A model generated the notes under the pieces. It had not been told where the DNA came from. It worked only from the letters and a program-made list of their open reading frames with translations, and made no database searches. Both the position numbers and the translations under genes were made by a program. 64,000 bases of DNA. Origin: an uncultured Pelagibacteraceae bacterium (GTDB lineage Bacteria > Pseudomonadota > Alphaproteobacteria > Pelagibacterales > Pelagibacteraceae). Location: the NCBI GenBank assembly GCA_902605865.1, contig CACLEJ010000001.1, forward strand, positions 44,903-108,902, written 5' to 3'. Positions 1 to 10,110 of this stretch are shown here, piece after piece (position 1 is the first letter of the stretch; each line of letters opens with the position of its first letter).

Positions 1-1859
1 GAACACCTCTAATTATTTCAGGGGCAACAGAAGATAAAACTAATCAATATATAGCTGTAGATAAACTTGTAAAAAATTTAAAAGAAGAGGATTTTGAAAT
101 AGATGAAAAAGATAGAAATATTTTATTAACTAATAAAGGTGTGGATAATGTTGAAAGTATATTTTCAAATGCTGGAATACTTAAAAATAAAAATTTTTAC
201 GATCCAGAAAACCTTCATATTGTTCACTTAGTAAATCAATCATTACGTGCCATACATCTTTTTCAGAGTGGTAGAGATTACATTGTAAAAGATGGGCAAA
301 TAATAATAATTGATGAACAAACAGGTAGACAATTGCCAGGAAGAAGGTTTGGTGATGGTCTTCATCAAAGTCTAGAGGCAAAAGAAAATTTAACAATTAA
401 TGCTGAAAATCAAACTTTAGCATCAATTACATATCAAAATTTCTTTAAACTTTACAAAAAAATAGCCGGATGCACTGGTACAGCCTTAACAGAGTCAGAA
501 GAGTTTTTTGAAATTTATAATCTACCAGTAGTATCGATTCCTACTAATAAGAAGATGATAAGAGAAGATTCGAATGATCAAATATTTAGAACTAGTAAAG
601 AAAAAGACGATGCAATAATAAGTAAGATCATTGAATGTAACACAAAAGGTCAGCCATTGTTAGTTTTTACTTCAAGTATAAATAAGTCTGAACACTTCTC
701 AAATCTATTGGATAAAAAAAATATAAAACACACAGTTTTAAATGCAAAAAATCACCAAAGAGAAGCTGAAATTATTGCAGATGCAGGAAAAAGAAACTCA
801 ATAATTATTACGACAAGTATTTCAGGAAGAGGCGTTGACATCAAATTAGGAGGTCAGGATGAGAGTGATAAAGCTGAAATAAAAAAATTGGGAGGATTGT
901 TTGTTATTGGTACAGAAAGGATGGAAAGTAGAAGAGTAGATAATCAAGCTAGAGGAAGATCTGGAAGACAAGGTGATGAAGGTAGCTCTATATTCTATGT
1001 AAGCTTAGAAGACGATTTAATGAGAATATTTGGCTCTGAGTCCATGAATAATATACTTGAAAAACTCGGGCTTAAAGATGGAGAAAGTATAGACCATCCT
1101 TGGATAAATAAAGCATTAGAAAGAGCACAACAAAAAGTTGAGGCAAGAAATTTTGATATTAGAAAAACTCTTTTGAAGTTTGACAATGTTTTAAACGATC
1201 AAAGGCAAGTAATATTTTCACAAAGAAATGAAGTAATAGAAAATAAAGATTCTAAGCAATATTCTGAAAATTTTCTAGATGAAATTATTGATGATTTGAA
1301 ACTTAAGAAAACAAAAAAGTTAGCGAATGCAGGATCAAATGAAGTCAATATGCAATTAAAGTCTTTATTTGGAAAATCATTTGAAGAAAGTGAAATTAAT
1401 GAATTAGTTAATCTTGAAAATAAGGCGTTTGAAGAAAAAATAAAAGATAAATTTAAAAGTTCAAGAGAAGAGAGAATAAAAATGTTAAACGAAGAACAGT
1501 ATAACGAAATAGAAAAAAGAATTTTTTTACAACTAATTGATCAAAATTGGAAATTACATATTCAATATTTAGAACAATTAAGACAAGTCATTGGTTTAAG
1601 ATCTTATGGACAAAGAGATCCTTTGGTAGAATATAAGAAAGAGGCATTTACACTTTTTGAAAATTTATTAAGTAAACTTAAGTATGATTTAATTACAATT
1701 TTGTTTAATTTAAAACTCATAGAAAATAGCCAAGAAGAACCAAGCAATGAAAATTTAAGTAAAAAATTTGACGAGCTTTCAACAAAAAAGATTGGAAGGA
1801 ATGAACCCTGCCCTTGTAAATCTGGAAAGAAATATAAACATTGCCACGGAGCTTTATAA
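1..1859 (+). CDS. secA: Preprotein translocase ATPase SecA, 3' portion (gene starts upstream of the window; frame open from nt 3)
   Basis: Frame of ORF 141..1859 stays open back to nt 3 ([12 protein letters not shown]...). SecA motor motifs ([36 protein letters not shown]) and C-terminal zinc tail [14 protein letters not shown]. Confidence 0.95.
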   Translation, partial: TPLIISGATEDKTNQYIAVDKLVKNLKEEDFEIDEKDRNILLTNKGVDNVESIFSNAGILKNKNFYDPENLHIVHLVNQSLRAIHLFQSGRDYIVKDGQIIIIDEQTGRQLPGRRFGDGLHQSLEAKENLTINAENQTLASITYQNFFKLYKKIAGCTGTALTESEEFFEIYNLPVVSIPTNKKMIREDSNDQIFRTSKEKDDAIISKIIECNTKGQPLLVFTSSINKSEHFSNLLDKKNIKHTVLNAKNHQREAEIIADAGKRNSIIITTSISGRGVDIKLGGQDESDKAEIKKLGGLFVIGTERMESRRVDNQARGRSGRQGDEGSSIFYVSLEDDLMRIFGSESMNNILEKLGLKDGESIDHPWINKALERAQQKVEARNFDIRKTLLKFDNVLNDQRQVIFSQRNEVIENKDSKQYSENFLDEIIDDLKLKKTKKLANAGSNEVNMQLKSLFGKSFEESEINELVNLENKAFEEKIKDKFKSSREERIKMLNEEQYNEIEKRIFLQLIDQNWKLHIQYLEQLRQVIGLRSYGQRDPLVEYKKEAFTLFENLLSKLKYDLITILFNLKLIENSQEEPSNENLSKKFDELSTKKIGRNEPCPCKSGKKYKHCHGAL

Positions 1860-2960
1860 AAGAATACTTAAAAGTAAAATTAATAAAGCTATTGCAGAGA
1901 CACCATAATAAATTTTAGAATTCTTCTTAAAGTTTTGATTAATATTTTCAAATACACTTGCCTTCATAGATAGATCATTTCCATCTTCTGATTGTGTTGT
2001 AAATCCTTTGTTTCTTCCAATAGACAAAAATTTATTTTTTCTATGAGTAAGAATTTCATTTTTATCCATTTTCTCAAAAAAATCTAAATTTTTCTTTAAT
2101 GATTCTCTTACATTATCCAATATTAGATCTTTATCACGATGAGCACCTCCAACTGGCTCTGGAATTATTTCATCAATAATATTTAATTTTAAAAGATCAC
2201 TAGATGACATTTTCATTGCAGTTGCGGCTTCTAAAGTTTTTTTTGGGTCTCTCCATAAAATAGTGGCACATCCTTCCGGGGAAATTACAGAGTATATTGC
2301 ATTTTGAAGCATAATTACTTTATTAGATGATGCTAAAGCTATTGCTCCTCCAGATCCACCCTCTCCAATTATTATCGCAATGGTAGGGACTGTTAACTTC
2401 ATAGAGCATTCAATAGATTTTGCTATCGCTTCAGCTTGACCTCTTTCCTCTGCACCAACTCCTGGGTATGCCCCTGGAGTATCTACAATAGAAATAATTG
2501 GAATTTTAAATTTGTTAGCTAACTCCATTAGTCTAATTGTTTTTCTATAACCCTCTGGTCTCATCATTCCAAAATTGTGATCTATTCTTTTATTAAGATC
2601 TGATCCCTTTTCTTGACCAATTACTAAAACAGATTTGCCGTCAAATTTTGCAAAACCAGCTATAACTGCTTTGTCTTCACCATAATATCTATCTCCAGAA
2701 AGTTGAATAAAGTCATCAAAAAGATTTTCAACAAAAAATTTTGCTTTAGGTCTATCTTCATGGCGAGCAACTAATGCTGTCTGCCATGGATCTAAGTTGG
2801 AATAAATTTTCTCTAACTTTTCATTTATTTCTTTTTCAACTTTGCTTATTCTTGAAGTATCAACTTCAGATAAACCTTCCTGATTATAGGGGTCCTTTAG
2901 TTTATCTAATTCCTCTTCAAGATTTTTGATATCTGTCTCAAAATTTAGGTAATTTTTCAT
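1854..2960 (-). CDS. accA: Acetyl-CoA carboxylase carboxyltransferase alpha subunit with 52-aa C-terminal extension
   Basis: 368-aa ORF with [26 protein letters not shown] and [10 protein letters not shown] motifs. The conserved body ends near KFLSIGR. The extra tail ends in the hydrophobic run [19 protein letters not shown]. Confidence 0.9.
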   Translation of the reverse strand: MKNYLNFETDIKNLEEELDKLKDPYNQEGLSEVDTSRISKVEKEINEKLEKIYSNLDPWQTALVARHEDRPKAKFFVENLFDDFIQLSGDRYYGEDKAVIAGFAKFDGKSVLVIGQEKGSDLNKRIDHNFGMMRPEGYRKTIRLMELANKFKIPIISIVDTPGAYPGVGAEERGQAEAIAKSIECSMKLTVPTIAIIIGEGGSGGAIALASSNKVIMLQNAIYSVISPEGCATILWRDPKKTLEAATAMKMSSSDLLKLNIIDEIIPEPVGGAHRDKDLILDNVRESLKKNLDFFEKMDKNEILTHRKNKFLSIGRNKGFTTQSEDGNDLSMKASVFENINQNFKKNSKIYYGVSAIALLILLLSILL

Positions 2961-3056
2961 TTAAGGCATGTATTATAAACAAAAAAGGCAATAAATTGTT
3001 AAAATAAGTAATTTTGATTGCGCAAAAACAACAATTTATTATAAGATTTTCAATTT

Positions 3057-5207
3057 ATGAGAGAGCAATATATCAAAATCCACAACTTATCTGTAGCAAA
3101 AGATCTAGCTGATTTTGTCAAAAATGAGCTTTTACTGGATACTAATGTTGGCCCTGATGAGTTCTGGAAAGGCTTTGACAAAGTGGTGCATGAATTAGCA
3201 CCTAAAAATAAAAAATTACTCGAAATCAGAGAAACATTGCAACAAGAAATAGATCTGTGGCATAAAAAAAATAGAGATCACGAGATTGACTATAATAAAT
3301 ATAAAAATTTTTTGGAAGAAATAGGTTATTTAAAAAAAGAAGGTGAAGATTTTAAAATAGCAACTAAAAATTTAGATGAAGAAATATCTAATATAGCAGG
3401 ACCACAATTAGTTGTTCCAATAATGAACTCTAGATATACCTTGAATGCTGCGAATGCAAGATGGGTAAGCTTATATGACAGTCTATATGGATCAAATATA
3501 ATAGAGTCTGAAGAAAGTGGAAGTGAAAAATATGATCCTTTAAGAGGACAAGAAGTAATTAAATACACTAGAAACTTTTTGAACAAATATTTTCCAATAA
3601 ATGACCTTGACTGGAAAGATATCACTGGTTTAGCAGTAAATAATAAAAAACTCACAATATATAAGGAAAATAAAGAATATAATTTATCAGATTTAGAGAA
3701 GTTTATTGGTCATAGAGGAGACGCAGCCAAACCAAATGCTATAATCTTAAAAAATAACAATCTTCATCTTGAAATAATTATTAATCCTAGAGCATTTAGT
3801 GCTGCAAGAGATGCTGCTGGTATAAGCGATATTATAGTTGAGTCTGCTGTATCAACAATTTGTGACCATGAAGATAGTGTAGCCGCAGTGGATGCTGAAG
3901 ATAAAGTAACTTGTTATAGAAATTGGCTAGGATTGATGAAAGGAAATTTAAAATCAATATTTGAAAAAAATGGTAAAGAATTAGAAAGAAAACTTAATCC
4001 AGATAGGAGTTACATTTCATTGAATGGTGAAAAGTTAAAACTTCACGGAAGAAGTCTTTTACTTGTGAGAAACGTTGGACATTTAATGACAAACCCTGCA
4101 ATCACTTTAAATGATGGATCAGAAGTTCCTGAGGGAATAATGGATGCTTTCATAACCTCAGCAGCTTGTATTCATGATTTAAAAAGAAAAGGTAATTCGA
4201 GAGAAGGGTCAATTTATATTGTTAAACCAAAAATGCATGGTCCAGAGGAGACAGAATTTGCTGATTTAATTTTTACAAAAGTCGAAGAAGTTTTAAAATT
4301 AGAAAAAAACACAATTAAATGTGGAATTATGGATGAAGAAAGAAGAACATCTGCAAACCTTAAAGAATGTATTAGAACACTTAAAGATAGAGTATTTTTT
4401 ATAAACACTGGATTTTTGGATAGAACTGGTGATGAGATGCACACCTCAATGGAAGCTGGACCAATGATCAAAAAAGGAGATATGAAAGCGTCTAAATGGA
4501 TTAAAACCTATGAGGACAATAACGTAGATATAGGCTTAAAATGCGGGTTTTCAGGAGTTGCTCAAATAGGTAAAGGAATGTGGGCCATGCCTGACAAAAT
4601 GAACGAAATGATGGAACAAAAAATTGGACATGTAAATGCAGGCGCAAATTGTGCTTGGGTTCCATCCCCAACTGCCGCTGCATTGCATGTTATGCACTAT
4701 CATGAAGTAAATGTTTTTGAAAAACAAAAAGCAATATTAAAAAGAGAGCCATCAAAATTATCTGATCTTCTTACTATTCCAATAGCAGATCGTCCTAATT
4801 GGTCTGTAGATGAAATTAATACTGAAATTTCAAATTCTGCTCAAACTATTTTAGGTTATGTAGTCAGATGGATTGATCAAGGTATAGGTTGTTCGAAAGT
4901 ACCAGATATAAATGATATTGGATTAATGGAAGATCGAGCAACCTTAAGAATTTCATCTCAACATATTGCCAATTGGCTTCATCATGGTTTATGCTCAAAT
5001 AGACAGGTTCTTGAAATTTTAAAAAAAATGGCAAAAGTTGTTGATAAACAGAATAAAGACGACTCTGGCTATGAAAGTATGTCTCCAGAGTATGATAAAT
5101 CTATTGCTTTTAAAGCAGCATGTGAATTAATCTTTCATGGAAAGTCACAGCCTTCTGGCTATACAGAACCTCTCTTGCACTTAAACAGATTAATTAAAAA
5201 AAGTTAA
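3057..5207 (+). CDS. glcB: Malate synthase G
   Basis: 716 aa, the length of the G-type enzyme. Motifs DEERRTSANL, FLDRTGDEMHTSMEAG and NCAWVPSPTAA. Confidence 0.93.
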   Translation: MREQYIKIHNLSVAKDLADFVKNELLLDTNVGPDEFWKGFDKVVHELAPKNKKLLEIRETLQQEIDLWHKKNRDHEIDYNKYKNFLEEIGYLKKEGEDFKIATKNLDEEISNIAGPQLVVPIMNSRYTLNAANARWVSLYDSLYGSNIIESEESGSEKYDPLRGQEVIKYTRNFLNKYFPINDLDWKDITGLAVNNKKLTIYKENKEYNLSDLEKFIGHRGDAAKPNAIILKNNNLHLEIIINPRAFSAARDAAGISDIIVESAVSTICDHEDSVAAVDAEDKVTCYRNWLGLMKGNLKSIFEKNGKELERKLNPDRSYISLNGEKLKLHGRSLLLVRNVGHLMTNPAITLNDGSEVPEGIMDAFITSAACIHDLKRKGNSREGSIYIVKPKMHGPEETEFADLIFTKVEEVLKLEKNTIKCGIMDEERRTSANLKECIRTLKDRVFFINTGFLDRTGDEMHTSMEAGPMIKKGDMKASKWIKTYEDNNVDIGLKCGFSGVAQIGKGMWAMPDKMNEMMEQKIGHVNAGANCAWVPSPTAAALHVMHYHEVNVFEKQKAILKREPSKLSDLLTIPIADRPNWSVDEINTEISNSAQTILGYVVRWIDQGIGCSKVPDINDIGLMEDRATLRISSQHIANWLHHGLCSNRQVLEILKKMAKVVDKQNKDDSGYESMSPEYDKSIAFKAACELIFHGKSQPSGYTEPLLHLNRLIKKS

Positions 5208-5813
5208 TTAAGCTTCTAGTTTTTTTCTATTTTTAAAAGCAGATATAAGAGTACCGTCGTCTAAATTTTCGATTTCCCCACCTACTGGTAAACCTTGTGC
5301 TAGTTTTGAAATCTTAATGTTTGTTTTTTTTAGAGTATCTTGAATATAAAATGCAGTAGTTTGACCCTCCACAGTTGCACTTGTTGCCAAAATTACCTCG
5401 TCTATATTATCCCTACTTATTCTTTCTACTAGAGAATTGATCAGCAGGTCTTCCTTGTTTTGACTATTATTATTTGAAAGTGTTCCTCCAAGAATATGAT
5501 AGTAACCTTGAAAAATAGATGAACTTTCTATTGCCCATTGGTCTGAAATATTTTCTACAACACAAATTTTATTAAATCTTTTACTTTTATTTTCACAATT
5601 ATCACATGGACTATTATTTGATTTTAAAGTTCCACAAATTTTACATCTAATGACATTTTTAAATACTTCACTTAAGTTCTGAGCCAATGGTTTTAATAAT
5701 TCTTGACGATTATTAATCATTTTCAAAATCATTCTTTTTGCAGACTTAGGTCCTAGACCTGGTAATTTAGATATTAGCTTAATTAAATTTTCTATTTCAG
5801 GAATATTTTGCAT
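5208..5813 (-). CDS. recR: Recombination protein RecR
   Basis: 201 aa. HhH N-terminus (LPGLGPKSAKR), C4 zinc finger (CKICGTL...CDNC) and Toprim-like C-terminus. Conserved dnaX-ybaB-recR string. Confidence 0.93.
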   Translation of the reverse strand: MQNIPEIENLIKLISKLPGLGPKSAKRMILKMINNRQELLKPLAQNLSEVFKNVIRCKICGTLKSNNSPCDNCENKSKRFNKICVVENISDQWAIESSSIFQGYYHILGGTLSNNNSQNKEDLLINSLVERISRDNIDEVILATSATVEGQTTAFYIQDTLKKTNIKISKLAQGLPVGGEIENLDDGTLISAFKNRKKLEA

Positions 5814-5818
5814 TTAAA

Positions 5819-6136
5819 TTATAAAGGCCACTTAAATCCAGGTATTCCAAAATTTCCTGAGGCCTTAGAAATTTCCTCTGCTGTTTTTGATTTAAGTTGC
5901 GATTTTGCGTTATTATGAGCAGCAGTAATAAGATCTTCTAGTATTACTTTTTCTTCTTTTAAAACATTTTCACTAAGTTTAATTGAGATCATAGTTCCCT
6001 CTCCATTTAATGTAACCTTTACATCATTAGCTCCAGAAACACCTTCAACCTCGATCTTTTTAATGTTTTCTTGGCTTTCTTTCATTTTACTCTCAATTTC
6101 TTTTGCTTTTTCCATTAATTTTGAAAAATCTGTCAT
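5819..6136 (-). CDS. ybaB: Nucleoid-associated protein YbaB/EbfC
   Basis: 105 aa, located between dnaX and recR. C-terminus GIPGFKWPL is typical of alphaproteobacterial YbaB. Confidence 0.85.
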   Translation of the reverse strand: MTDFSKLMEKAKEIESKMKESQENIKKIEVEGVSGANDVKVTLNGEGTMISIKLSENVLKEEKVILEDLITAAHNNAKSQLKSKTAEEISKASGNFGIPGFKWPL

Positions 6137-6137
6137 T

Positions 6138-7772
6138 CTAATCCTCTTTTAACTCAACATTTATTAATTCTGCATCAGGAAATGCTTCGATCACTTTTTT
6201 ATATGTTTCAGACTTTTTAACATCATCAAATATTTTTTTCTCATCAATTTTGTTTTTTTCTTTTTTTGAAATTTGTCCTTGGTTTTTTGATAGAGAGATA
6301 ATCCATCTCTTGGATGTCCATTCGTACAGTTTGTTAGATAGATTTTTTATAAAGTCTTTGTCTAAGTTTTCATTAAAAGATATTTCTATTAAACCCTCAG
6401 AGAATGAAACTAAATTTATATTGGTTTCAAGCTCATATTTAAGCTTAGCTTCTTTTCTCTCAGTACATAAATTTATCAAACTTTCAAATGAATCTATTTT
6501 AAGTTCATTAATTACCTCATCTTTATTTAAATTTGGTTCAATTTTTTCTTGTTGTGAAACATTTTTGATTTGATCTATTGTTTTACTTATAATTTTTTTT
6601 TCAGGTTCTTTAATTAAAGTATCAGGATTTTTTCCAGTAAAGCTTTCCTCAATATTTTTCTCCTTAAAACCTTTTATTCTCATTAATCTGAAAAGGAACA
6701 TCTCAACTGATAAATTTGGATTTGAAACTATGTTAATTTCTTCAATTGTATCAAGTGTAAATTGCCAAAAAAGGATTATGTCCTTTGAATCTAAATTTTC
6801 AGATATTGTGGAAAGATTACTAAAATCTTGATCATTTAAAGAAAAATTATTTCCGTCTAATTTTATAAAATTAATATTTTTTAGGTAATATAAAACCTCA
6901 AGAAAATCATTCAAAAAAATTTTGGGATCTACACCAGAATCATAAATTTTTCTATACAACTCAAATACTTTCTTTTCATCACCACTAAACAGATTTTGTA
7001 TTAATTCTATCAGAGAACTTTTATCAAAATATCCATAAATACTTTGTGCTTTATCTAGATTTAATTCCTCATCATTTTGATTGGCTACAAGTCCACGGTC
7101 TAACAAAGATAATGCATCTCTAACAGATCCTTCTGAAATTTTAACAATTAATTTTAAAGCTTCATCAGAAACTTTACCACCTTCTTTGTCTTTAATCATT
7201 TTTATATAATTAAAAAGCTCTTCAGATTTCACTCTGGAGAGATCAAAACGTTGACATCTCGATATTACTGTTACAGGAATTTTTTTGATTTCGGTTGTTG
7301 CAAAAATAAATTTTAAATATTTTGGTGGTTCCTCTAATGTTTTTAAAAGTGCATTAAATGCTTGTTTGCTTAACATATGAACTTCATCAATAATAAAAAT
7401 TTTATATTTAGCAGTTGTTGGTCCATATCTTGAAAATTCAATAAGCTCTCTTACATCATCAACACCAGTCTTGCTTGCAGCATCCATCTCTAAAACATCA
7501 ATATGATTTGAGTTAACAATTGAATTACAATGTTCACAAAAATCTTTTTTGCAAAGATTTTCAACACCATTTTCACAATTTAATGCCTTGGCAACTATTC
7601 TTGCAAAAGTTGTTTTTCCAACACCTCTAATACCAGTAAATAAAAATGCGTTCGCAGCTTTATCGGAGATGACTGAATTTTTAATTGTTTCAGCAATAAT
7701 TTCTTGGCCAATTAAATCCTCAAATACTTGAGGCCTGTATTTTAAAGCTAGTACTTTCGAATTTTCTGTCAT
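6138..7772 (-). CDS. dnaX: DNA polymerase III subunit gamma/tau
   Basis: AAA+ clamp-loader motifs GIRGVGKTT, IIDEVHMLS and SRCQRF. I prefer the ATG at 7772 (MTENSKVLALKYRPQ) because the TTG at 7787 in the ORF track lies inside the SRP RNA. Confidence 0.92.
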   Translation of the reverse strand: MTENSKVLALKYRPQVFEDLIGQEIIAETIKNSVISDKAANAFLFTGIRGVGKTTFARIVAKALNCENGVENLCKKDFCEHCNSIVNSNHIDVLEMDAASKTGVDDVRELIEFSRYGPTTAKYKIFIIDEVHMLSKQAFNALLKTLEEPPKYLKFIFATTEIKKIPVTVISRCQRFDLSRVKSEELFNYIKMIKDKEGGKVSDEALKLIVKISEGSVRDALSLLDRGLVANQNDEELNLDKAQSIYGYFDKSSLIELIQNLFSGDEKKVFELYRKIYDSGVDPKIFLNDFLEVLYYLKNINFIKLDGNNFSLNDQDFSNLSTISENLDSKDIILFWQFTLDTIEEINIVSNPNLSVEMFLFRLMRIKGFKEKNIEESFTGKNPDTLIKEPEKKIISKTIDQIKNVSQQEKIEPNLNKDEVINELKIDSFESLINLCTERKEAKLKYELETNINLVSFSEGLIEISFNENLDKDFIKNLSNKLYEWTSKRWIISLSKNQGQISKKEKNKIDEKKIFDDVKKSETYKKVIEAFPDAELINVELKED

Positions 7773-7778
7773 TTTTAA

Positions 7779-7865
7779 GGAGACCAACCAACCTGGAAAA
7801 TACTCACTACCCTTGCTATCTTTCGATCCTGGGGGATTTATGGTAACACCACCTGACTGGCCTCC
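7779..7865 (-). ncRNA. ffs: Signal recognition particle RNA (small bacterial 4.5S type)
   Basis: Minus strand reads GGAGGCCA...TGGTCTCC (closing helix with one G-U). The apical domain-IV core is CCC-AGG-ATC-GAAA-GAT-AGCA-AGGG, which matches the conserved AGG/AGCA symmetric loop and GNRA tetraloop. Position upstream of dnaX is common in bacteria. Confidence 0.8.
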
Positions 7866-7871
7866 AACTTT

Positions 7872-7901
7872 ATTATATCAATAAAAATTTCTATTCTACA
7901 A
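7872..7901 (-). promoter_or_regulatory. Putative sigma-70 promoter for ffs
   Basis: Minus strand has TTGTAG (7901-7896), an 18-nt spacer, then TATAAT (7877-7872). The -10 element ends 6 nt before the predicted SRP RNA 5' end. Motif match only. Confidence 0.4.
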
Positions 7902-7914
7902 GAAAGTTATAAAT

Positions 7915-8742
7915 TTATTTTTGTCTAAATTTATCAGATTTATAAACACCTAGAACGTGCATATCTTGACAATGCAGACCCAATTCCTCAAGTGAGTTTT
8001 TGATTTTAGGAGATTCTATATGTCCATCTATATCACATAGAAAAAAATATGAGGAAAATGAGTTCTTTTCAGGAAAACTTTGTAGTTTGCTCATATTAAC
8101 TCCGTTTATTGCAAATCCTGATAGTGCTGAGTAAAGAGCAGCGGGTTTACTTTTCAACTTAAATAATATTGATGTTATATGGTTGTCATCTGAAAAATCT
8201 GGCTGAAAAATATCTTTACCAAGTAATAAAAATCTAGTCACGTTATCTTTATCATCTTGGACATTTTCCTTTAGAATTTTAAGACCATATATTTCTGCAC
8301 TTAGACTAGAAGCTATAGCAGCTTTAGATTTGTCTCTAGTTTCTGAAACAAATTTTGCTGAACCAGCTGTATCTGCTCTAACATTTTCTGTGAATTTTTT
8401 TTTCTTAATAAAACTTGAAGATTGGCTTAATGCTTGTGCATGTGAGTAAACATCTTTTATGTCTTCTATTTTGGAATCTTTTAATCCTAATAGATTATGA
8501 TTAATTGGAAAAAAATGCTCTGCATAAATATTTAGTCTGTATTTAAAGATTAAATACTCAACACCAATATTTCCAGTTGTTTTATTTGACTCTGGAATTA
8601 ACGATTTTATTGAATTATCTTCACTAGACCTTTCAAAACATTCATCAAATGTTTTGCAGGGTATTGTATCACTCTCTGGATACATTTTTTTAGCACAACT
8701 TTCGCTATAACTTCCTGCAACACCTTGATAAGCAATTTTCAT
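7915..8742 (-). CDS. pheA: Prephenate dehydratase
   Basis: 275 aa. N-terminus IAYQGVAGSYSE, NVTRFLLLGK motif and a C-terminal ACT-like domain. Confidence 0.88.
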   Translation of the reverse strand: MKIAYQGVAGSYSESCAKKMYPESDTIPCKTFDECFERSSEDNSIKSLIPESNKTTGNIGVEYLIFKYRLNIYAEHFFPINHNLLGLKDSKIEDIKDVYSHAQALSQSSSFIKKKKFTENVRADTAGSAKFVSETRDKSKAAIASSLSAEIYGLKILKENVQDDKDNVTRFLLLGKDIFQPDFSDDNHITSILFKLKSKPAALYSALSGFAINGVNMSKLQSFPEKNSFSSYFFLCDIDGHIESPKIKNSLEELGLHCQDMHVLGVYKSDKFRQK

Positions 8743-8745
8743 AAT

Positions 8746-9483
8746 TTAATTTTTATATTCCATAATTTTTTTTATTTCTAGATAATCTTCATCTGTATCT
8801 ACGCCAATCGGTTTGGTTTTTGCTAATCCTACGTCTATTTCAATATTGTTATCCATTAATCTTAATTGTTCTAGTTTTTGCGATTTTTCATTCTGAGTTT
8901 GCTCTAATTGAACAAACCTCTCTAAATATGTAACATTATAAATATATATCCCAATGTGGTGGTAAATATTTTTTTGAGTATTTTTAATTTCTCTTGTAAA
9001 TGATGTTGCTGTTGATAAATTGTTTTGAAGAAGTTCCTCTTTTGTGATTACTTTTACAACATTTTTGTTTAAGAAAAATTTTTCGTCTTCAATTTGACAT
9101 GCCAAGGTTGAAATTTTAGATTGTTTTTTAATAGTTTTTTTGAGGAGATTAGTAACATCCTCAATATCAAGCATTGGTTCATCTCCTTGAAGATTTATTA
9201 CATATTCAATATTGTCATCTCTTAACTCTTGATAAGCCTCAAAAATTCTGTCAGTTCCAGTTTTATGATCTTTTTTGGTTAAAATACATTTTCCTCCAAG
9301 CTTAGTGACCTCTTCAAATATTTCTTTGTCACCAGTTGCAACATAACTTTCTCCAATAAGAGATGATTTTGCAATTTTATAAACATGATTGATAATTGAA
9401 ATATTATTGATTTTTAATAAAGGTTTATTTGGTAACCTTGTTGCAGCTAATCTTGAAGGGATTAAAATTACTGTATTGCTCAT
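8746..9483 (-). CDS. kdsB: 3-deoxy-manno-octulosonate cytidylyltransferase (CMP-KDO synthetase)
   Basis: 245 aa with IPSRLAATRLPNKPL and NLQGDEP motifs. Confidence 0.9.
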   Translation of the reverse strand: MSNTVILIPSRLAATRLPNKPLLKINNISIINHVYKIAKSSLIGESYVATGDKEIFEEVTKLGGKCILTKKDHKTGTDRIFEAYQELRDDNIEYVINLQGDEPMLDIEDVTNLLKKTIKKQSKISTLACQIEDEKFFLNKNVVKVITKEELLQNNLSTATSFTREIKNTQKNIYHHIGIYIYNVTYLERFVQLEQTQNEKSQKLEQLRLMDNNIEIDVGLAKTKPIGVDTDEDYLEIKKIMEYKN

Positions 9484-9579
9484 AAACTAAGTATTATGCG
9501 TCTTTCAGACGCAATAATTAAATTTAAATTTAGTTTTTTTTTTGTTTAACATGTTATACGAGGATAATAATTAAAAATC

Positions 9580-10110
9580 ATGGACTCATTTGAAATTAAT
9601 AAAATTATAGCAGCAGTAGTTGTTATTTTTGTTGTTATATTTGGAATAACTAAAATTTCAGACATTGTCTATTACGTAGAGAAACCAAGTCAATCAGCTT
9701 ATAAAGTTGAATTTGCTGAAACAGATGGCACGAAAGCTTCTGCAGCTGTTGAAGCAGTTGATATTTCTGCTCTATTAGCCATGGGAAGCGTTGATCATGG
9801 AAAGAAAGTATTTAAGAAATGTAGCGCATGTCATTCAATTAAAAAAGGTGGAAGAAACAATATTGGCCCAGCACTTTATAATGTACTAGGTAGAAATATG
9901 GGTGCTCTTGAAGATTACAAATATTCAAAAGCCCTGATTGCATTTGGAAAAGATTGGACATTCCAAGAGATGAATAGTTTTTTAATAAAACCTGCTTCAT
10001 ATATAAAAGGTACCAAGATGGCTTTCGCAGGATTAAAAAAAGAGAAAGATAGAGCTTCAGTAATTCTATATATGAATGCTAATGCTGATAGTCCTTTACA
10101 ACTACCTTAG
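9580..10110 (+). CDS. Membrane-anchored class I cytochrome c (CycM-like)
   Basis: N-terminal TM helix, heme-binding CSACHS and distal Met in GTKMAFAGLKK. Confidence 0.85.
   Translation: MDSFEINKIIAAVVVIFVVIFGITKISDIVYYVEKPSQSAYKVEFAETDGTKASAAVEAVDISALLAMGSVDHGKKVFKKCSACHSIKKGGRNNIGPALYNVLGRNMGALEDYKYSKALIAFGKDWTFQEMNSFLIKPASYIKGTKMAFAGLKKEKDRASVILYMNANADSPLQLP

Noticed and set aside
181-396. Antisense or alternate-frame ORFs from the track that lie wholly inside strong CDSs. Examples: 181-396, 995-1186, 3326-3655, 4214-4471, 6250-6573, 10265-10459, 16545-16862, 18264-18605, 21355-21663, 23655-23987, 35617-36015, 37927-38265, 38723-39094, 42727-42978, 55521-55721, 60911-61204.
   Set aside because: Each is embedded opposite to or out of frame with a gene that has clear family motifs. 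Their Phe/Leu/Ser/Ile-rich composition is the mirror image of Lys/Glu/Asn-rich coding sequence in AT-rich DNA. No motifs were recognised.
6585-6605. Possible dnaX -1 frameshift site (A-runs such as GAA AAA AAA ATT) for gamma-subunit production
   Set aside because: Poly-A heptamers are frequent throughout this AT-rich coding sequence. I saw no downstream stimulatory hairpin or conveniently placed -1 frame stop, so the call cannot be supported.
7773-7787. TTG start of dnaX at 7787
   Set aside because: It lies inside the predicted SRP RNA closing helix. The ATG at 7772 gives the usual N-terminus preceding YRPQ.
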